Of a DNA stretch of 38,080 bases, positions 34,084-38,080 are shown in pieces. Made by a program: the position numbers and the translations under genes. Within the stretch, counting starts at the first letter, position 1. The number at the start of each line of letters is the position of its first letter. The notes beneath the pieces were generated by a model, which searched no databases, had not been told where the DNA came from, and was given only the letters and a program-made list of their open reading frames with translations. The DNA lies in assembly GCA_031547105.1 (NCBI GenBank), contig JAVBSJ010000008.1:1-38080 (forward strand), read 5' to 3'. This DNA comes from Oscillospiraceae bacterium (GTDB taxonomy: Bacteria; Bacillota; Clostridia; Oscillospirales; Butyricicoccaceae).

Positions 34084-35379
34084 ATGAAAAGGCAGATTAG
34101 TATATTGTGCATGCTGGCAGCTGTTGCGCTGCTGGTCGGATGCGGTGGCATTGGCAGCGGGGTTATGAGCGTTGTGCCAGTAACAGAAAACCCACTTGTA
34201 AAGCCCGATTACGAAGTGGATGACCCTCAAGCGGAGCAGGCGGCACTGGGCGCCAACGACTTTGCGTTCCGGCTGAGCGCCGCACTGTCTCAACAGGAGC
34301 AAGGGGAGAACCTGATTTGCTCGCCTTATTCGGTTTGGCTGCCCCTTGCGGCGCTGCTTAACGCCACCAATGAACAAAGCAAACCGGCGCTGCTGGAGGC
34401 TATCGGCGCAGCAGGCCTTACAACGGAGGAGGTCAACCGCGCAGCCGCCCGGATGATGTATTTTCTCACGAAGGAGCAAGCCTTTGAGGGCAAGTTGCCC
34501 GGCAAGCAGGACTATTACACCCCGCTGAAAATCGCAAATGCCGTATTCGTCAGCCGTGAGGAGGTTTTACAGCAAAGCTTTGCCCAGACCTTCGCCGATT
34601 ACTACAAAGGAGCCTCCATCAATGTGGATTTCACCTCCCCTGACGCGGCAAAGGCGGTCAACAGGTGGGCAGCAGAAAATACCGAGGGGCTAATCAAGGA
34701 GATGGTAAATGAGTTTGACCCCAATACCGTGGCGGTAATTGCGAATGCAATGTATTTTTCAGACACGTGGCAGTGGAAGTTTGATCCCGAAAAGACAGAG
34801 GAAGGAGTTTTCCACGGAATAGCAGAGGACAGCAAAGCTGATTTTATGCTTAAGCAGGGAGACGGGATAACATATTATGAGGATGAGCGTCTGCAGGCCG
34901 TTTGCCTGCCTTTTGGCTCAGCTGCGCAAATGACGGTTTTGCTGCCTGTTAATGGAGACGGGGACGGGCTTCTTCAGGCTATGACGGCTGATTACTTTGC
35001 CCAGATACATGAGGAAGCGGATGGCTGCACAGGGAGGCTGCTGCTGCCGAAGTTTGAAATTGAAAGCGAGCTTATGCCGCTGTCCGATATCCTTATGGCT
35101 ATGGGTGTTCCTCTTTTTGAAGGTGCGCCGCTTACCGGCCTGATTGAAGCCGACATACCCGTTTGGCTGGATCAGGCGGTGCAGAAGGCGGCCATCAAGG
35201 TGGATGAGGAGGGCACAACGGCCGCCGCTGTGACCCTGATGGCGACACTGGGCGGATACCCCCGGCCATCTGAGCCCTTTGAAATGGTATGTGACAAGCC
35301 GTTTGTATTTATTTTAAGCAGCTACACTCAAGACGGAGGAGATCAGATACTTTTTACCGGTGTGGTAAACAAGCCGTAA
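34084..35379 (+). CDS. Serpin-family lipoprotein (serpin 2)
   Basis: RBS AAAGGAGGT and lipobox LLVGC. It has the same hinge and C-terminal motifs as serpin 1 but a different reactive-centre loop. Confidence 0.9.
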   Translation: MKRQISILCMLAAVALLVGCGGIGSGVMSVVPVTENPLVKPDYEVDDPQAEQAALGANDFAFRLSAALSQQEQGENLICSPYSVWLPLAALLNATNEQSKPALLEAIGAAGLTTEEVNRAAARMMYFLTKEQAFEGKLPGKQDYYTPLKIANAVFVSREEVLQQSFAQTFADYYKGASINVDFTSPDAAKAVNRWAAENTEGLIKEMVNEFDPNTVAVIANAMYFSDTWQWKFDPEKTEEGVFHGIAEDSKADFMLKQGDGITYYEDERLQAVCLPFGSAAQMTVLLPVNGDGDGLLQAMTADYFAQIHEEADGCTGRLLLPKFEIESELMPLSDILMAMGVPLFEGAPLTGLIEADIPVWLDQAVQKAAIKVDEEGTTAAAVTLMATLGGYPRPSEPFEMVCDKPFVFILSSYTQDGGDQILFTGVVNKP

Positions 35380-35479
35380 CCCAAGCATAAGGCAGTGTAA
35401 TCCAGGATACAACCGGCAGCCGGATCTGCGCATTTGCGGATGAGCCGCACCGCCGGCTTGGCAATATGATCTAAAACAC

Positions 35480-35510
35480 AAACCGGTGAGGGAATTACCC
35501 TCACCGGTTT
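35480..35510. terminator. Bidirectional terminator
   Basis: 13-bp stem AAACCGGTGAGGG / CCCTCACCGGTTT with loop AATTA. Confidence 0.78.
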
Positions 35511-35523
35511 ATATGATCAAGCT

Positions 35524-35739
35524 TTATTTTTCGTCCGGGTCTTTATAGCCCCTATATGCCTGCTTGACAAAAAGCAGCTGCACAATGCAGATATAGGCGC
35601 ATATAACGGCTAAAGAGCCTGTAGCAAGCTCCATCCAGTCGGCGCCGCTGCCTATCATCGTAACGATGGCGGCGGTAGCCAGAAGGCCGCATGAAACCGT
35701 GAGGACTGTCAAAATCTTGACTATTGTTTTTGGGCTCAT
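35524..35739 (-). CDS. Small 2-TM membrane protein
   Basis: 71 aa starting from ATG 35739, with GGAG 9 nt upstream. It is hydrophobic with a charged C-tail. Confidence 0.45.
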   Translation of the reverse strand: MSPKTIVKILTVLTVSCGLLATAAIVTMIGSGADWMELATGSLAVICAYICIVQLLFVKQAYRGYKDPDEK

Positions 35740-35836
35740 ATTGCGTATCTCCATCCATAGTGGGGCGCTGCGCAAAGCCTGTCCCCGGTCAGGACATAAG
35801 GCGGGGGAGAGGCAAACACAGCGTACTGAAACTCAG

Positions 35837-35859
35837 AAAGCGCCGGCAAGCGGCGCTTT
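35837..35859 (-). terminator. Terminator after rplT
   Basis: 9-bp stem AAAGCGCCG / CGGCGCTTT with loop GCAAG, located 16 nt downstream of the rplT stop. Confidence 0.6.
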
Positions 35860-35874
35860 TATAGAGTAAATGTC

Positions 35875-36228
35875 TTAAAGAGCAGCCTTTGCCTTTTCCA
35901 CAAGGGCGGTAAACGCCTTGGGGTCGGATATGGCGATCTCGGACAGCATTTTGCGGTTGAGGGTGATGCCGGCCTTTGTAAGACCGTTGATAAATCTGGA
36001 ATAGTTGATGCCGTTGGGCTTGCAGGCGGCGGAAATTCTGGAGATCCACAGCCTTCTGAAATCTCTTTTCTTCAGCTTTCTGCCGGTGTAGGCATACTTG
36101 AGGGACTTCATAACGGCCTGGTTGGCTAACTTATAATGGCTCTTTCTGGAACCCCAGTAACCCTTGGCCAGCTTTATAATTTTCTTTCTTCTTTTACGCG
36201 TAGACAACGCGCCTTTTACTCTTGCCAT
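35875..36228 (-). CDS. rplT: 50S ribosomal protein L20
   Basis: [26 protein letters not shown]... is a full-length L20 signature. Confidence 0.96.
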   Translation of the reverse strand: MARVKGALSTRKRRKKIIKLAKGYWGSRKSHYKLANQAVMKSLKYAYTGRKLKKRDFRRLWISRISAACKPNGINYSRFINGLTKAGITLNRKMLSEIAISDPKAFTALVEKAKAAL

Positions 36229-36256
36229 TCTGTGTCATTCCTTTCGTTTCCGGGGT

Positions 36257-36457
36257 TTATTTATAGGGGATAAGGCGCTTGATCTGCGCTACGTTGGTGG
36301 AGTCAACAAATGCGCCCTTGCGGAGGGACCTTCTGCGCTTGGGAGCTCTAATGTTGATGATGTGGTGGCGTCTGTTCATCCTGGCTCTTTTAATTTTGCC
36401 TGTCTTTGTGACGGAAAATCTCTTTTTGGCGCCACTATGTGTCTTTATCTTGGGCAT
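36257..36457 (-). CDS. rpmI: 50S ribosomal protein L35
   Basis: MPKIKTHSGAKKRF...: 66 aa, basic, with the canonical L35 N-terminus. Confidence 0.96.
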   Translation of the reverse strand: MPKIKTHSGAKKRFSVTKTGKIKRARMNRRHHIINIRAPKRRRSLRKGAFVDSTNVAQIKRLIPYK

Positions 36458-36483
36458 ACTACTTCTCCTCTCTTGTGGAACAG

Positions 36484-37002
36484 TTATTTTTTCTTTTCGG
36501 GGGCGAGGAACATCAGCATTTGGCGGCCCTCAAGCTTAGGCTCCTTCTCAACGGTGCCAAACTCGGCGCACGCTTCGCCAAAGCGCTTCATAACCTCAAG
36601 CCCTATGTTGGTATGAGCCATTTCGCGGCCCCTGAAGCGTATCGAAACCTTGACCTTGTCGCCGCTGTCGAGAAACTTCTGCGCGGCCTTGAGCTTTGTT
36701 TCAAAATCGTGGGTGTCGATTTTCGCCGAGAGGCGAATTTCCTTGATTTCGACAATATGCTGGTTTTTGCGGGCTTCCTTTTCCTTTTTGACCTGCTCAA
36801 ACCTGAACTTGCCGTAATCCATGATGCGACACACCGGCGGCTCAGCCTTCGGTGCGATTTTGACGAGATCAAGCCCGCGCTCCAAGGAAAGATCCATGGC
36901 CTTTTCCAGGCTGACAACACCCAGCTGGGCGCCGTCGTTATCAATCAATCTTACTTCCTTGTCGGTAATTTCTTCATTAATCTGATGCTCTTGTATGCTA
37001 AT
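36484..37002 (-). CDS. infC: Translation initiation factor IF-3, non-AUG (ATT) start
   Basis: The IF3 N- and C-domains are present (INEEITDKEVRLIDNDG...VRIMDYGKFRFE...). The only RBS, AGGAGGTG, lies 9 nt before the in-frame ATT at 37002. The ORF-track extension to 37053 encodes an implausible Phe/Cys-rich peptide. Confidence 0.9.
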   Translation of the reverse strand: MSIQEHQINEEITDKEVRLIDNDGAQLGVVSLEKAMDLSLERGLDLVKIAPKAEPPVCRIMDYGKFRFEQVKKEKEARKNQHIVEIKEIRLSAKIDTHDFETKLKAAQKFLDSGDKVKVSIRFRGREMAHTNIGLEVMKRFGEACAEFGTVEKEPKLEGRQMLMFLAPEKKK

Positions 37003-37157
37003 GCTCAAACACCTCCTAAAAAATACAAAACAAACACAAAAAAAGGACGGCAAAATACCCTCCTAACAAAAAACCCGCCGGGTCGCCCCGTGAGAAACAA
37101 TGTTAACCTCTTCTTGTAAAATGGAGGTGAGGATGGTAAAGTCCTGCTTTCTTTTGC
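37003..37157 (-). promoter_or_regulatory. ~155-nt 5' leader of infC-rpmI-rplT (L20-leader-type attenuator candidate)
   Basis: The length is counted from the predicted promoter. On the minus strand it contains a GC-rich segment CGGGGCGACCCGGCGGG followed by TTTTTTG. I did not verify a fold. Confidence 0.35.
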
Positions 37158-37163
37158 CAGTAC

Positions 37164-37192
37164 AGTATATCAGCCGGAAAGGGCGCTGTCAA
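37164..37192 (-). promoter_or_regulatory. Near-consensus SigA promoter for the infC operon
   Basis: On the minus strand: TTGACA, a 17-nt spacer, then TATACT. Confidence 0.65.
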
Positions 37193-37226
37193 GCCCCAAA
37201 AAATGTTTCCGTATACTAAAATCAAA

Positions 37227-37255
37227 TTGATTTTTCACTGCATTTTTATTATAAT
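37227..37255 (+). promoter_or_regulatory. SigA-type promoter candidate for the DUF1292 gene (back-to-back with the infC promoter)
   Basis: TTGATT, a 17-nt spacer, then TATAAT, lying 37 nt upstream of ATG 37292. Confidence 0.55.
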
Positions 37256-37291
37256 TAAATCAAACAATATAGTCAATCGGAGGACTTAAAT

Positions 37292-37618
37292 ATGAGCGAG
37301 ATGCATGAGGATTTCGGCAAGGACGTAATTGTTCTCACCGATGAAAACGGGAACGAGATAGAGCTTGAGCACCTTGATACGGTGGAATATAACGGCGGCA
37401 CCTATATGGCCTTTATACCTGCCGACATGACGCTGGAGGACAGCTATGAGCTTATCATAATGAAGGTCGAGGAGGATGAAAGCGGCGAAGAAATGCTGGT
37501 CACCCTCGATGATGAAGACGAGCTGGACGAAATGTTCCAGATTTTCTCCGAGAGGCTGGAGGAAAGCTTTGAAGAGGAAGAGAGCGAGGAGGAGCAGCTG
37601 GAGAAGGAAGGGTATTAA
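37292..37618 (+). CDS. DUF1292-family small acidic protein
   Basis: RBS GGAGGA. VLTDENGNEIELEHLDTVEYNGGTYMAFIP plus an acidic tail is typical of DUF1292. Confidence 0.8.
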   Translation: MSEMHEDFGKDVIVLTDENGNEIELEHLDTVEYNGGTYMAFIPADMTLEDSYELIIMKVEEDESGEEMLVTLDDEDELDEMFQIFSERLEESFEEEESEEEQLEKEGY

Positions 37619-37652
37619 TTCCTTAGGGCTTGCCGGAGGATAACAGACATAT

Positions 37653-37836
37653 AAGCTCCCCCGGTCGGAATGCGGAACACTTTATTTAACCTACAAAGTG
37701 TGATACGGGACTGCGGAGTTCTTTCCCCATCGGCAGACCTCCCTTTATGGACGTTGGGAGCCGTGTAAAGGAGAGACAGCTAACCCACCTGCGAGAGCGG
37801 GTTATCTAAAAATCCGCATTCCGACCGGGGGAACTT
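37653..37836 (+). ncRNA. Candidate ~185-nt rod-like structured RNA (6S-like?), identity unverified
   Basis: A 20-bp perfect closing helix (37657-37676 with 37813-32) is extended by 3 bp after one mismatch. There is an internal 7-bp hairpin ACACTTT/AAAGTGT, and the segment has no coding potential. A terminator follows directly. Confidence 0.45.
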
Positions 37837-37840
37837 AAAA

Positions 37841-37865
37841 AGACAGACGTAAGTCTGTCTTTTTT
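37841..37865 (+). terminator. Intrinsic terminator following the candidate RNA
   Basis: Stem AGACAGAC / GTCTGTCT with loop GTAA, followed by TTTTT. Confidence 0.8.
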
Positions 37866-37976
37866 GTTTACGGACAGGCTGGCGATTTTCGCCGTTTGGT
37901 AAAGCCGGTGTGCACGGCAAAAGCCGGCAGGGCATATGCCTGAAATGGTCAATAGAAAGTAGACACGAAAAGCCTA

Positions 37977-38080
37977 TTAAGCCACCTGCTCAATTCTGAA
38001 TTGAACAGGTGGCTTTCCGTTCAACTTACGCACAGGACGAATGACATTGAAATAGTGAACAGCATCAGAAATAACCGAAT
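37977..38080 (-). mobile_element. 3' end of an IS3-family-type (rve/DDE) transposase gene, truncated by window edge
   Basis: The minus-strand translation is ...SVISDAVHYFNVIRPVRKLNGKPPVQFRIEQVA*. It fits the C-terminal [YF]N-x2-R-x4-L-x-G-x2-P-x-Q-[FY]-R pattern of IS3-type OrfB proteins. Confidence 0.6.

Noticed and set aside
37653-37836. SRP RNA, RNase P RNA, tmRNA or a riboswitch as the identity of the structured element
   Set aside because: The conserved core motifs I know for these are not visible. It is followed by a terminator and an IS rather than a regulated gene, so I left it as a 6S-like or MITE-like candidate.
37981-38013. Hairpin that looks like a terminator near the window end
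   Set aside because: It lies within the final codons of the transposase reading frame and lacks a proper T-tract in the relevant orientation. It is noted only as part of the IS finding.
1-38080. CRISPR arrays, tRNA and rRNA genes
   Set aside because: I noticed no regularly spaced short repeats, no tRNA T-loop or acceptor signatures, and no rRNA-like segments while reading. A tRNAscan or cmscan run would be needed to be certain.

Overview
38-kb chromosomal window from a moderately GC-rich Firmicute. The gene content looks Clostridia-like (PFOR, clostridial 2x[4Fe-4S] ferredoxin, QueH, YgiQ, DUF1846, DUF1292), but the taxon cannot be fixed from sequence alone. Housekeeping blocks: DUF1846-queH; a long minus-strand array ferredoxin / MoxR-DUF58-TM protein / PAP2 / uppP / ftsK / flavin reductase / ygiQ; a Clp ATPase; comM; nifJ; infC-rpmI-rplT. 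These blocks are interrupted by accessory islets that look AT-richer by eye, at about 15.7-16.6, 18.4-21.1, 25.1-27.9 and 29.1-31.9 kb, which encode secreted, lipoprotein or membrane proteins of unknown function. The most notable observations: (1) a diverged ~130-nt direct repeat of the nifJ 3' end plus terminator brackets a 2.8-kb two-gene insert; (2) a protease/inhibitor neighbourhood holds a secreted papain-fold peptidase co-oriented with two membrane-anchored paralogues, a divergent HxlR regulator, and two tandem lipoprotein serpins whose reactive-centre loops differ while the flanking DNA is almost identical; (3) a ~185-nt rod-like candidate sRNA with its own terminator lies next to an IS3-type transposase fragment; (4) an unlisted 55-aa ferredoxin gene, an ATT-start infC behind a consensus promoter, and a probable 1-nt frameshift in a small secreted protein. 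I saw no rRNA, tRNA or CRISPR array. All coordinates and identities come from manual reading, and no database search was run.
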